Counted from the stretch's first letter, positions 1-9,895 are shown. The stretch: DNA of 64,000 bases from an uncultured delta proteobacterium (GCA_963712115.1 CAVQGX010000042.1:64001-128000), one strand, 5' to 3'. Made by a program: numbers and translations. Notes: generated from the sequence alone by a model not told the origin.

Positions 1-2969
1 GGGAAATTGACGGAATTCTCGAGTTGGGCAACATAGAGGTCAAATTGGGAGTCAAATGGGGAGAAGACTTCAGCATAGAATCCCTCAGGCAGGAAGGGTA
101 CGACGCCTTCTTTCTTGCCATCGGCGCTTGGGATACACGAAAATTAGGCGTAGTGGGAGAAGACCTCCAAGGTGTCTGGTCTGGGGTGGACTTCCTTGTT
201 GATCTTGCTCTCGGCAAGCCGATTCAGATTGGCAAGAACCTTGCCATAATCGGCGGTGGGAACGTTGCCATCGATGCAGCCCGCAACAGCGTGCGCATGG
301 GCGCAGATACTGTAACCATTATTTACCGGCGTTCGCGGGAAGAGATGCCCGCCAGTCCCGAAGAAATTCATGGTGCTGAAGAAGAGGGAGTCCAGTTCCA
401 CTTCTTGGCTGCGCCGGTCCGGCTCTTTGGCAGTAACGGCAAGGTTGACAAACTTGAGTATATCAAAATGGAACTCGGCGAGCCGGACGCCAGCGGCAGG
501 CGTCGACCCGTACCCGTCGAGGGCTCAGAGACCCTAATTCCAGTGGATATGGTGATTGCAGCCATTGGGCAATTCCCTGATCTTTCTCCGGTGGAATCCG
601 ACAAAGGAGTTGAAGGAATTCCTACCACTCGCTGGAATACATTCGGCGCTGATTCTGACAGCTTGTATACCGGTTTAGAGGGCGTATTCACCGGGGGCGA
701 TGTCTATCGCGGCCCTGAGACCGTGGTTGGAGCCTTGGCTGATGGCCGCAAGGCGGCAATGGCCATACACCTTTATTTGCGCGAGAAAGAAGTGCATGGC
801 CCGCCCAGGCCCTTCAATATCTTAAAGGGTGATCTTGAAAATATCGAGAAGGAACAGTTTACCACCAGGGTTACTTCAGCCCCTCGCGAACTCATGCCTG
901 AACTGGAGCCGAGTGTACGGATCAAAAACTATGAGCAAATCGAGTTGGGTCTTCCCGAGGAGGGCGCGCGCAGGGAGGCGGAGCGCTGTCTCTCCTGTGG
1001 CTGCATGGATGCCTTTGACTGCAGACTGCGGAAATTTGCCTTTGATTTCGGCGTGGAAACCACTACCAGGGTCCGGCCACAAATATCCCTCCATGAGGTA
1101 TCGCGTCGCGACGTGCACCAATTCATCACCTTGGACCCCAACAAGTGCATACGCTGTAAGCAGTGCCATGAGGCCTGTACTTTCTTTCAATGCTCAGATG
1201 CCATCGACTTCGAGGACACTCCCAGTTTAAACTCCAATTGCGTTTTTTGTGGTCTTTGTGTTGATTTGTGTCCCACCGGGGCGTTAGAGGAGCGTATAAG
1301 CGGCAAACCCGGTCCATTTCACTTCAAGCAAAAGGAGACTATTTGTCCTCACTGCGGCTGTGGCTGCAACCTTCTGCTAAACGTAAAGAGCGACAAGCTG
1401 TTCACTGTGACCACTCGAAATACCGCCCCACCCAGCTATGGTTACACCTGCCGTCAGGGTCGCTTTGATAGCTTTGATTATCTCTCCAAGGGCAAACGGC
1501 TCCAGACCCCGCTGCTCAAGAAAGGCGGTAAATTAGTTGAGGCCAGCTGGGAGGAGGCCCTGGAGCGAGTAGTCTCTGAGTTTAAACGACTAAAGGAGGA
1601 GCACGGCCCCGTTGGGCTGGCTGCCATAGGTTCCCCGCGAGCCACTAATGAGGCCAATTACCTGCTTCAAAAGATTTTTCGCAACCAGTTGGAGTGTAAC
1701 AATTTGGATTACCCGGGAGGCCAGTCTCATCGGGCCACTTTGTCAACCCTTTCGCAGGCTCTGGGCAAGTCCGCCATGACCAATTCGTTGAGCGAAATTG
1801 AAAAGGCGGAGGTTATCTTCGCTCTGGGCAATGCAATCGAAGAAAACAATCCTGTAGTGGCCACTGCCATACGGCGAGCCAGCCGCACCCACGCTCGCCG
1901 TCTCATAACTCTAAGCTCCTCAGAAGTGGCTCTGGGTAAGTTTGCCGAACCTGCCCTGGTTGTTCCCAAGGAATACATGGCTGATTTCCTTCAAAGCCTG
2001 GTCAAACTTATGCTTGAACTTAAGCTCTACGATAAAGATTTCGTAGCTGCTCATACCAAGGGAATAGGGGATCTGGAAAAGTCCCTGGCATCTTTCGATC
2101 ATCTAGATACGTTAGCCAAACTTAAGATGCTACCGAGCACTTTCGAAGAGCTGGCCCGAACCCTTGCAAATACTTCTTCCCTTGCCATAGTCTACTCAGA
2201 AGATTTTACGGCTCATGCCAAGGGAACCAAGAAGGTCGAGGCCATAGCCAATCTAGCCATGCTCACCGCTCGGCTTGGTCAGCTGCAAAGTGGCATCTAT
2301 CCTCTATATCGCCACATCAATGCTCAGGGTGCCATGGACATGGGCATGACACCATCTTACTACCCAGGCCATGTCAGCATCTCAGACCTAGCGGTTAACC
2401 ATAGATTCATTAAGGTCTGGGGAGGTCAGCTGCCTGCCACCGCCGGATTAGATTACAGGGAGATAATTGAAGCGGCCCAGCAGAAAAAAGTTAAGGGACT
2501 TTATCTAATGGGAGAAAACCCGCTGGCCACTCAGCCTGAGAGGGAGAAAATCCAGGAGGCTTTAAAGCAGGTTGAATTTCTCGTGGTGCAGGATATGTTA
2601 CTTACCCAGTGTGGGGAACTGGCAGATGTGATCTTACCTTCTACAGCTTCTACAGAACAGGAGGGGACTTTTACCAATACCGAACGGAGAGCTCAAAAAC
2701 TCTCGCCAGCTTTGCCTGCTCCGGGCGGTGCCCTTCCAGATTGGCGCATTCTGGCAGATCTACTGGCAAAGCTGGATTCCGGAGCCACATATAAGGACGC
2801 CGAATCTATCTATGAGGAAATAATGTCAGTTGTCCCCTTCTACCAGGGACTCACTTACGAGCTCTTGCAAGAAGGCGGCTTGCAGTGGCCCTACACCAGG
2901 GAAAACTCGAGTGGTATGCTTAGATTGGAGGATCTTAAAAAGCCACTAGAGTTTGTAGTTAGCGGCTGA
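1..2969 (+). CDS. 5'-truncated fusion: GltD-like FAD/NADPH oxidoreductase + 4Fe-4S ferredoxin + formate-dehydrogenase-alpha-like domain
   Basis: Frame open from window start. Motifs GGGNVAIDAAR, YRRSREEMPA, CIRCKQC, CVFCGLCVDLCPTGAL, CPHCGCGC, EGTFTNTERR. Confidence 0.85.
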   Translation, partial: EIDGILELGNIEVKLGVKWGEDFSIESLRQEGYDAFFLAIGAWDTRKLGVVGEDLQGVWSGVDFLVDLALGKPIQIGKNLAIIGGGNVAIDAARNSVRMGADTVTIIYRRSREEMPASPEEIHGAEEEGVQFHFLAAPVRLFGSNGKVDKLEYIKMELGEPDASGRRRPVPVEGSETLIPVDMVIAAIGQFPDLSPVESDKGVEGIPTTRWNTFGADSDSLYTGLEGVFTGGDVYRGPETVVGALADGRKAAMAIHLYLREKEVHGPPRPFNILKGDLENIEKEQFTTRVTSAPRELMPELEPSVRIKNYEQIELGLPEEGARREAERCLSCGCMDAFDCRLRKFAFDFGVETTTRVRPQISLHEVSRRDVHQFITLDPNKCIRCKQCHEACTFFQCSDAIDFEDTPSLNSNCVFCGLCVDLCPTGALEERISGKPGPFHFKQKETICPHCGCGCNLLLNVKSDKLFTVTTRNTAPPSYGYTCRQGRFDSFDYLSKGKRLQTPLLKKGGKLVEASWEEALERVVSEFKRLKEEHGPVGLAAIGSPRATNEANYLLQKIFRNQLECNNLDYPGGQSHRATLSTLSQALGKSAMTNSLSEIEKAEVIFALGNAIEENNPVVATAIRRASRTHARRLITLSSSEVALGKFAEPALVVPKEYMADFLQSLVKLMLELKLYDKDFVAAHTKGIGDLEKSLASFDHLDTLAKLKMLPSTFEELARTLANTSSLAIVYSEDFTAHAKGTKKVEAIANLAMLTARLGQLQSGIYPLYRHINAQGAMDMGMTPSYYPGHVSISDLAVNHRFIKVWGGQLPATAGLDYREIIEAAQQKKVKGLYLMGENPLATQPEREKIQEALKQVEFLVVQDMLLTQCGELADVILPSTASTEQEGTFTNTERRAQKLSPALPAPGGALPDWRILADLLAKLDSGATYKDAESIYEEIMSVVPFYQGLTYELLQEGGLQWPYTRENSSGMLRLEDLKKPLEFVVSG

Positions 2970-3017
2970 TAACTACTTATGCACAGATACGGACAACCGA
3001 CCACTGACAATTTTCTA

Positions 3018-3046
3018 TTGAAAATTGTTACAGATTCCGATATATT
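3018..3046 (+). promoter_or_regulatory. sigma70-like promoter for the leu leader
   Basis: TTGAAA-N17-TATATT just upstream of the leader RBS. Confidence 0.5.
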
Positions 3047-3078
3047 TACCTTGATTTTAACAGCTCAACGAGGAAAGC

Positions 3079-3183
3079 ATGAACAGAATCCGGCAGTGGG
3101 AAGGTCTTCTTAGCCTGGAGCTTTTGCTCCTGCTGGGCCTTTTGTGCCTTTGCAGCCCGCCCATTGCCTTTGACGGTTGCTGA
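3079..3183 (+). CDS. Leu-rich attenuator leader peptide (34 aa)
   Basis: GAGGAAAGC-ATG; MNRIRQWEGLLSLELLLLLGLLCLCSPPIAFDGC*; 11 Leu codons; upstream of leuA. Confidence 0.8.
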   Translation: MNRIRQWEGLLSLELLLLLGLLCLCSPPIAFDGC

Positions 3184-3205
3184 CCACCTGCTCGTCGAAA
3201 GTTAC

Positions 3206-3241
3206 AAAGGCCATGGGCGAATCGCCCATGGCCTTTTTTTT
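3206..3241 (+). terminator. Attenuator intrinsic terminator
   Basis: AAAGGCCATGGGCG-AAT-CGCCCATGGCCTTTTTTTT. Confidence 0.85.
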
Positions 3242-3243
3242 AT

Positions 3244-3372
3244 GGAGTGTTGGAGTACTGGAGTATTGGGACAGCTCAATTGCGGATTTTGGAATGCGGA
3301 TTGCGGAAGTTTAGTTCAGTGTTTGATTTGGTTCTTGTTGTTTTCAATCCGAAATCCGAAATCTGAAATCTG
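3244..3372. repeat. GGAGTATT-type octamers followed by a heptamer palindrome (TGCGGAT / AATCCGA arms)
   Basis: ggagtgttggagtactggagtattgg; tgcggattttggaatgcggattgcgga ... aatccgaaatccgaaatctgaaatct. Confidence 0.75.
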
Positions 3373-3467
3373 AGAGGTGGTGGTGGACATGGGGCTGGCT
3401 CTTATATCTAGTGAGACGGCTGACGAATCGGACCTTCCTCTAAACCCTTATATTTTCGGAGGCAATC

Positions 3468-4982
3468 ATGTCAACAAGGAAGATAAAAATCTTCGATACT
3501 ACCCTGAGAGATGGCGAGCAGGTGCCTGGTGCCAAACTCAATGCCAAGCAAAAACTGGAAATCGCTCTCCAATTGGAAAGGCTCGGGGTAGACGTAATCG
3601 AGGCCGGTTTCCCCTGCTCATCACCTGGGGATGCACAGGCGGTCAAAAATGTGGCCCAACAAGTTAAGAAGTCTACCATCGCTGGCCTCGCTAGAGCCGT
3701 CCAGCAGGATATAGATATCTGTTGGGAATCTGTGCGCCAGGCTGAGAGCCCGCGGATACACGTATTCCTTGGTTCCTCGGACATCCATGTCCAGAAAAAA
3801 CTCCGTATGGACCGGGAAAAAGCTATGAACCTTGCGGTGGAATCTGTCAAATATGCCAAAAGCTTTTGCTCGGACGTCGAGTATTCCACGGAAGATGCCT
3901 CTCGCACCGACTTTGAATATCTTTGCCGGGTGATCGAAGCAGTTATCAAAGTAGGCGCCACCACTATAAACGTCCCCGACACAGTAGGCTATGCCACCCC
4001 TCATGAATTCGGCGATCTAATCATTAGGCTGCGAGAGAGTGTGCCTGCTCTGGACAAAGTTACTTTGAGTGTTCATTGCCACAATGATCTTGGCTTGGCC
4101 GTGGCCAACTCTTTAACTGCCATCCTCAACGGAGCCCAACAGGTGGAGTGCACCATCAATGGCATTGGCGAACGGGCCGGCAATGCTTCCCTGGAAGAGA
4201 TAGTGATGACTTTGCGCACCAGGCCTACAATTTTCCAGGCTCACACTGATATAAATACCAAAGAGATCTATCGAACAAGCAGGATGGTAAGCAGGCTTAT
4301 GAACATCCCGGTTCAACCCAATAAGGCCATTGTAGGATCCAATGCCTTCGCTCATTCATCTGGTATCCACCAGGATGGTATCCTTAAGGATCGACGGACC
4401 TATGAGATCATGAAACCGGAAGATGTGGGCATCAAAGAACACACCATGGTGCTAACTGCTCGCTCCGGACGCGCCGCCGTACGTCATAAATTAAAGGAAC
4501 TCGGTTTTGACTTAGAAAAAGAGACGTTCGAAAGGGTATTCCAGCGCTTTATTAATGTGGCAGATCGAAAAAAGGAAATTACTGCCAAGGACCTCAGCAG
4601 CATTGTAGAGGTTGAAATCTCCAAGGTACCAGAAACCTATATCTTCCTCGGCATGCAGATTATGAGCGGAAACCAGACGACGCCGCTTTCATCCGTGCGG
4701 CTCAAAAAAGGAGATGACCTCCTCACAGACGCAGCAATAGGGAACGGGCCGGTGGATGCTACCTATCGCTGTATTGAACGTCTGGTTGGACATCAGGGGA
4801 AACTGCTGGATTACGACCTCAAGGCAATCACCACTGGGAAAGATGCCTTGGGTGAAGCAGTGGTTCGCGTGGAGATAGAAGGAAGAGTCTACTCCGGCCT
4901 AGGCACCAGCCCGGACGTTATCGAGGCCAGTGCCCGTGCTTACTTGAATGCCTTCAATCGGTTTTTTGCAAATAATGTTTAA
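3468..4982 (+). CDS. leuA: 2-isopropylmalate synthase
   Basis: [34 protein letters not shown]-terminal regulatory domain (GNGPVDA). Confidence 0.95.
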   Translation: MSTRKIKIFDTTLRDGEQVPGAKLNAKQKLEIALQLERLGVDVIEAGFPCSSPGDAQAVKNVAQQVKKSTIAGLARAVQQDIDICWESVRQAESPRIHVFLGSSDIHVQKKLRMDREKAMNLAVESVKYAKSFCSDVEYSTEDASRTDFEYLCRVIEAVIKVGATTINVPDTVGYATPHEFGDLIIRLRESVPALDKVTLSVHCHNDLGLAVANSLTAILNGAQQVECTINGIGERAGNASLEEIVMTLRTRPTIFQAHTDINTKEIYRTSRMVSRLMNIPVQPNKAIVGSNAFAHSSGIHQDGILKDRRTYEIMKPEDVGIKEHTMVLTARSGRAAVRHKLKELGFDLEKETFERVFQRFINVADRKKEITAKDLSSIVEVEISKVPETYIFLGMQIMSGNQTTPLSSVRLKKGDDLLTDAAIGNGPVDATYRCIERLVGHQGKLLDYDLKAITTGKDALGEAVVRVEIEGRVYSGLGTSPDVIEASARAYLNAFNRFFANNV

Positions 4983-4997
4983 GTGGAATTTCGGCTG

Positions 4998-5022
4998 AGG
5001 GCGGGGGTAAACCCCGCCCACA
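4998..5022. repeat. REP-like hairpin between convergent genes
   Basis: GGGCGGGGG-TAAA-CCCCGCCC; related hairpin at 30721-30742. Confidence 0.55.
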
Positions 5023-5037
5023 TTTTCGCACCTACCC

Positions 5038-5553
5038 CTAGCCTTTCTCAAGTCCACCACTCTCAGCCACCTGCTCCACTAAGGCTTGAAATAGAACGAT
5101 CATATCCTTGTTTGCTTTGCGCAGCCTTTTGGATAGCTCTTTTCCTATGGCCCTCGTCACCAGAAGGCCTAGCCGTGGGTCTTCCTCTCCCAACCGGTTA
5201 AAATCTTCACGATTGATCACCAGAAACTCGCAATCAGTCTCGGCGGTCACTGAGGCGGATCGCACTTCTCTATCCATTAGGGCTAATTCTCCAAAAAAAG
5301 CATCCTCTTGGTCCGTTAAAGTTATAATTGTATAAAGTTCCTGGTCGAGAGTTCGTTTCTGAACTTTCACTGCCCCCTGATAAAGAATATAGAGTTCACT
5401 ACCCTCAATGCCTTCACTGATTAACTCGTCTCCGGCCTTACACTGCTGCCAGGTGAAGATACTCGCCAGCTTGGCAAGTCTCTCCTCATCACCTTCGAGG
5501 GTATGGAACAGTTTAACCTTTTTCAGTTTTTCAATTACATCCTGTTCAGCCAT
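5038..5553 (-). CDS. Stand-alone cyclic nucleotide-binding domain protein
   Basis: FFGELALM..RSASVTA phosphate-binding cassette; no Crp HTH. Confidence 0.85.
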   Translation of the reverse strand: MAEQDVIEKLKKVKLFHTLEGDEERLAKLASIFTWQQCKAGDELISEGIEGSELYILYQGAVKVQKRTLDQELYTIITLTDQEDAFFGELALMDREVRSASVTAETDCEFLVINREDFNRLGEEDPRLGLLVTRAIGKELSKRLRKANKDMIVLFQALVEQVAESGGLEKG

Positions 5554-5572
5554 TCTTCTATCCCATTTATCT

Positions 5573-5685
5573 TAAATGTCTAAAGTGTCTAAAGTGAGCT
5601 AAAATGCCTAAAATTAAGGTAATTGGTAATGGGTTATAGGTTATGGGTCGTTAAAATCGTTCAAGTCGTTCAAATCGTTGAAGCC
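5573..5685 (-). repeat. Composite repeat cassette (9-mer/7-mer/10-mer modules), copy 1 (partial)
   Basis: Reverse complement matches the 3' half of 30490-30721 and 36343-36558. Confidence 0.85.
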
Positions 5686-5783
5686 ATAGAAACCGCTGAG
5701 CTTCTGCAAATTCGCAATTCGAAATTACTTCCCTATGCTCTATGCCTCACCGAATCCGTTATTACCAGAGTGGTTCGTACGCA

Positions 5784-7001
5784 TCAGCCTTGAATCAAGA
5801 TGGCCCGGGAATAGGACTTGATTCGATAATCCGGGCCGGGGTTGAACACCGGCAGATTTCCGCGCAATTCTTTCACTTCCTGGAGATTTGCTATCAACCT
5901 TGAGATATCCGGAGTCTTCTGAGCCTCATGTAAGGCTTCCCGTTTGCGCTGAAAAATATTCCCGGTATTCTCCAGTAGACCTATGAGAATACCACTTTCT
6001 CCTTCCATGAAATAACTGCTGAGATTGGCGAAAGAGTCCCCTATGAAACGATCCGGGAAATTCTTTGTAATCAGCCAGCCTCCCCCCACGTTGAGAAGGT
6101 CTTGTACTATGTGGGCAATACCTGAAGCTGCCGTAGCATTGGCCAGAAGAATTCTGTTATGTTCGCGGCTCAATACTATTTCATCGCAATGAACATTTTC
6201 TAAGTATCGCTTGAATTTGGAATCAATAAGCTCGACACAAGTATAGATATCCCTTGATATTGTCTTTATGGTCAAAACCGCCATCACAGTGCGAGCATCT
6301 ACTTCCTGGTCGGATGCCTGGTTACTTTTGTCTGCCAGCACCAGCACTCTGTCGGCCTTCTTGATATTGGCGCGTAGCAGCACGTTCTCATCCACGTAGT
6401 CACCCCGCACGAAGCGCACATTTTGCAGATTCGGATTCGAGCGTAGATTCTCCATTTTTGATTGCTCCACCGTGCTCACCACAACGATGTCCTCATCTGA
6501 GAGATGGGGGTTAATACAGAGAATGTCTTCCAGCACGGAGACCATCTCACTTTTCCAGCCGCAGATGACAAAATGTTTTTTGATTTTTTTTTGATCGGCC
6601 AAGCCGCTTCCCTCCTTGATCTTCCACGCCACCAGCCAGGATGCGATCCGGCCGGTGATCATTCCCAACAAGCCAATACCGAGTAGCATAACAAGGATGG
6701 CTACTAACCTTCCGCCAGTCGTCAATGGTACCTTGTCGCCATAGCCCACGGTGGCTGCGGTGACCAGGGTCCACCACACGGCGTCCCACATGTTGACAAA
6801 ACCCTGGTTGGCACCGTATTCAAAAAACAGTACTCCCAGGGAACTCATCAAAAAGACGAGCAAAACTGCCGCAATAACCGGATAAGTGCGACTCCTTGTC
6901 ACCCGCTTCATTAGAACAGCCAGCCGGTTCTTTTTGCGGAATGTTGCTCGATTCCGATCTCCCATAGATCGATTCATCTTCGTCCAGGTATCTCCGCACA
7001 T
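5784..7001 (-). CDS. Potassium channel with TrkA-N/RCK domain (start may be 6911)
   Basis: WWTLVTAATVGYGD selectivity filter; HFVICGW RCK motif. Confidence 0.9.
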   Translation of the reverse strand: MCGDTWTKMNRSMGDRNRATFRKKNRLAVLMKRVTRSRTYPVIAAVLLVFLMSSLGVLFFEYGANQGFVNMWDAVWWTLVTAATVGYGDKVPLTTGGRLVAILVMLLGIGLLGMITGRIASWLVAWKIKEGSGLADQKKIKKHFVICGWKSEMVSVLEDILCINPHLSDEDIVVVSTVEQSKMENLRSNPNLQNVRFVRGDYVDENVLLRANIKKADRVLVLADKSNQASDQEVDARTVMAVLTIKTISRDIYTCVELIDSKFKRYLENVHCDEIVLSREHNRILLANATAASGIAHIVQDLLNVGGGWLITKNFPDRFIGDSFANLSSYFMEGESGILIGLLENTGNIFQRKREALHEAQKTPDISRLIANLQEVKELRGNLPVFNPGPDYRIKSYSRAILIQG

Positions 7002-7029
7002 GCAATCATTAGCATCGAAAGATTAAATC

Positions 7030-7143
7030 ATAAAGCACACCAAGAGCACAAAGAAAAACAATCATATCTTCATATTTACAAATATCATTATCTACTTTGA
7101 TTTCCTTTGTGATCTCTCTGTGATCTCTGTGATCTCTGTGGTT
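7030..7143. repeat. CACAGAG / CTCTGTG-type imperfect palindrome
   Basis: caccaagagcacaaag ... ctctgtgatctctgtgatctctgtggt; same family at 26447-26637. Confidence 0.65.
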
Positions 7144-7269
7144 GAAACCCACCCACACGAGGGCTTCGAAGTTAGGTTACTCTACACTCGAATTCAAGAG
7201 TGATCAAGGGCAAAATCTATTGCGAAAATGGTAGGTTAGAATAGCTTAGCAGGCTTGATCTCAAATCTC

Positions 7270-7350
7270 AGATACCTGGTCCTCTGGGACAGGTCAGATC
7301 GCAATGGCTTTACCGGTAAAAATGATGAGCGCTTTTGCAGTATTGGAGCA
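7270..7350 (+). repeat. Dispersed ~80-bp repeat, copy 1
   Basis: acctggtcctctgggacaggtca..caatggcttt..atgatgagcgcttttgcagtattggag; inverted copy at 10640-10725. Confidence 0.75.
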
Positions 7351-7364
7351 AGTATCATTTATAA

Positions 7365-7461
7365 TTTCAGATTGCTGATTGCAGATTGAGGCTGAATGCA
7401 TTCCTTGTCACTTGGTTCTGAGCTCTTAAATCTGAAATCTGCAATCTCAAATGCAAAATCT
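7365..7461. repeat. Heptamer palindrome (AGATTGC / GCAATCT arms)
   Basis: atttcagattgctgattgcagatt ... aaatctgaaatctgcaatctcaaatgcaaaatct. Confidence 0.65.
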
Positions 7462-7520
7462 AAAGCCATCAGTTCTCCAGATCAGCCCTAAACTCGCAGT
7501 AAAATATAGCAACATTTCTC

Positions 7521-7549
7521 TTGGCAAAGGGACCGACTCGTGATAGATT
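7521..7549 (+). promoter_or_regulatory. sigma70-like promoter for the ncRNA
   Basis: TTGGCA ... TGATAGATT ending a few nt before the terminal stem. Confidence 0.5.
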
Positions 7550-7552
7550 AAA

Positions 7553-7732
7553 AGTGGTCCCAACGAGCGGGAACCATCACGGTTGGCCTTAGGAAGACTA
7601 TTTTGCTGGGCCTACCGGACGGACCTAGTAACCCTGCCAGGTGGCGCAAATTCCGGTAGTCATAGTGATGCCGGGGGGAGAACGGTGGTTCGGGAATAAC
7701 CAGATGGAATAACGTTTGTTGGGGCCATTTTT
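7553..7732 (+). ncRNA. Structured ~180-nt ncRNA, 6S RNA-like
   Basis: Terminal stem GTGGTCCCAACGAGCG/CGTTTGTTGGGGCCAT with G-U pairs on the + strand; inner helices GAACCATC/GGTGGTTC and CTACCGGA/TCCGGTAG; T-run at the 3' end. Confidence 0.6.
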
Positions 7733-7770
7733 TTGGTGGGAGATAATCAGCCCCAATTAACCTCTGGGCC

Positions 7771-7959
7771 CTAAGAAGACTCCTTCGCTCCTTCGAGAAT
7801 GCTCTTTACCCTTTTATACTCTTGACGGGTTCTATTTAATTCTAGCTGAAGTTCGTCTCTCCTCTCACCCAGTGGTTCCGAATCGTACGCCTGCTCCAAT
7901 TCCTCCAAACGGTTCTTCAGTTCATAGAGGTTTCGAGCTATCTCTCGGATGTATACCAC
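7771..7959 (-). CDS. Small coiled-coil hypothetical protein
   Basis: 62 aa, heptad pattern, co-oriented just downstream of the TPR gene. Confidence 0.6.
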   Translation of the reverse strand: MVYIREIARNLYELKNRLEELEQAYDSEPLGERRDELQLELNRTRQEYKRVKSILEGAKESS

Positions 7960-7989
7960 GCCGCCCCCACTCTAATGCCCTGCCCTCGT

Positions 7990-9321
7990 TTACTTAGCTT
8001 CAAAGCGAACTAGGTCACCTCTTCGAACTTTCAGCTCAGGATTGCAGAGCAGCAGTTGGCCCAGGTACAATTGCTCATCAACTTCAATAATTCTGCCCCG
8101 CGCAAGATCAGTTTCCTTAAACTCCTCTATCCTTGCACCCTTCTGGGAGCGCTCGACCTCCGTTCGATAGATAGTAAACCTCTGACCTGCCGGGTAGCCG
8201 CCCCTTCGACTCCCGGTCATGTAAATGGTTCCGTCCCCACCTACTCCCAAAACTATAGTTGGCAGATCCTTTCGTTTCAAATTCGGGGCAAAACTGCTCT
8301 GCAGATCATCACCGTAGTAACGGTAAGTGGGATCGCGCGGCCGGCAGCGATAGGCCCTCTCATAAGCAGCTACAGCCTCCAACAATCGTCCATTCCTTTC
8401 GTAGGCAACCCCCAGGTTTCCATTTACAGTGCATTCATCTGGGGCTTCTTCCAGCGCCTTCAGAAACAACTCCTCTGCCTTCAGCCAATCATCCTCTGCT
8501 GCTGCCTGAATTCCCCGTCGCACCCATTTAGCAGCCACAGGTTTCATTGCAAGGTGGGGGGCTTTAATTAGCCGCTGGACTCTATGTTCCTCAGGCTTCA
8601 GCCGAGCAACCACCTCATTGACTATGGAGATCACCAGTCTCTCAATTTCGGCTTCTGTTTCCGCCTGGGGACCAGTAAACCTGATTCTTTCAGACTTTCT
8701 ACTTATTTCTCGCTCCCAAAGAATACTGCCATTCTGGGTTTCGACAAGCCGCATTCGCGAAGCCAGGGAAGAGACCAGCTTGGTAACTGAGACCGCCACT
8801 GTGTCTGGATCTTGGCGGGACAAGATTCGATAGTAATATGTATCTTTTATTGACCCTTCTTCCAAAATTCCTAACCATTCATATTCGGCAGGGTCACTGG
8901 GACCGAATTCTGGCGTGGATAGCATAGGTTGAGAAGCTCTCGAGGTTTGCACCGAGAACTGGCTAATCTCCCCCAGGATGAAAGCATCCACCTGGTTCTT
9001 TTGCCCAAGTTGCCTGATTGAGCCAGCTGTAGGCTCGAAATCCTCGGGTGGTCTAACTAGCCGTGCCGCAAATGGTCCTAGCCCCAGTACGCCGCTGTCT
9101 AGTGCCTTCGCTATATCTGCAGCCATTTTGCGACCTACATCCGAGGCTGGACTGCTGAAAGGTATAACCCCAATAGTCTTGATGCTTTGTACCTCTGCCT
9201 CGGGAGGTTTTTCCAGTTCTATGGTCACCAGCCTGGTCGTTATTGGTGGGCCGCAGCCACCCAAAATAATGGCCGCCACTATAAACCACTTCATCCATCC
9301 TTTACGACCGATTCGATTCAT
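7990..9321 (-). CDS. TPR-containing lipoprotein
   Basis: Lipobox LGGC; TPR (GNLGVAYERNGRLLEAVAAYERA). Confidence 0.75.
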   Translation of the reverse strand: MNRIGRKGWMKWFIVAAIILGGCGPPITTRLVTIELEKPPEAEVQSIKTIGVIPFSSPASDVGRKMAADIAKALDSGVLGLGPFAARLVRPPEDFEPTAGSIRQLGQKNQVDAFILGEISQFSVQTSRASQPMLSTPEFGPSDPAEYEWLGILEEGSIKDTYYYRILSRQDPDTVAVSVTKLVSSLASRMRLVETQNGSILWEREISRKSERIRFTGPQAETEAEIERLVISIVNEVVARLKPEEHRVQRLIKAPHLAMKPVAAKWVRRGIQAAAEDDWLKAEELFLKALEEAPDECTVNGNLGVAYERNGRLLEAVAAYERAYRCRPRDPTYRYYGDDLQSSFAPNLKRKDLPTIVLGVGGDGTIYMTGSRRGGYPAGQRFTIYRTEVERSQKGARIEEFKETDLARGRIIEVDEQLYLGQLLLCNPELKVRRGDLVRFEAK

Positions 9322-9569
9322 CAGCGAATCTCCTGGCTCTATGTGCCTGGGGTCTGCCTTGAAACGACACCAGGTTAGCCCATAGGAAACTTTGATGTCA
9401 AGTTGACCCGCCTTCTCCTGTTCAGAACCTCAACATGCTGTTACTCAAAACCTATCTTCATCAGTTCCGCAAGTCTTAGGGAAATCACTAAGTAGACAAA
9501 GAGTTCAATGTCCTTGGGGAAATCCCCTTTGGGCAACAACCCCTCAACTGATGGCAACCGCCGATTTCC

Positions 9570-9845
9570 CTACTTCCGACTCGTTCTTTTCAACAGTTTA
9601 ATAGCTAATTCAGTATCAACAACCGGAATCAACTCCGCCACCCCAAGATCACTCCAATCGTAGAAAGTAGCAGCTACGTGGGCGGCGTCGTCTGCCTCAA
9701 AGAGGCAAAAAACTCGGTGACCTGAAACATCGAACCACTCTCCTTTGATTTTTACGCCCTTCGGGCTTCGAGGATTTTCCATCCTGCGCTCAATCACCCG
9801 ATCTCTATCCTGAGGGTCATAGGTAAAAACGGCCATAAACAACAT
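9570..9845 (-). CDS. DUF3303-like small ferredoxin-fold protein
   Basis: GGAGG RBS before ATG 9845; GVKIKGEW..G.R.F..EADD..W.D..E..PV pattern. Confidence 0.7.
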   Translation of the reverse strand: MLFMAVFTYDPQDRDRVIERRMENPRSPKGVKIKGEWFDVSGHRVFCLFEADDAAHVAATFYDWSDLGVAELIPVVDTELAIKLLKRTSRK

Positions 9846-9895
9846 GTAGGTACCTCCTTCCTCGGCTAAGGGCATGGAGCATAGAGCCCTACTTC

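Noticed and set aside
3164-3373. 69-aa ORF and similar ORFs at 19432-19817, 26508-26807, 44589-44966 and 56434-56640
   Set aside because: They translate repeat units (IRNPKSEI, AMRYALC, LTSDFRPLTS) and are probably spurious.
9470-9570. Possible riboswitch upstream of the TPR lipoprotein gene
   Set aside because: Only short GGGAAATC/GATTTCCC pairing; no recognisable aptamer.
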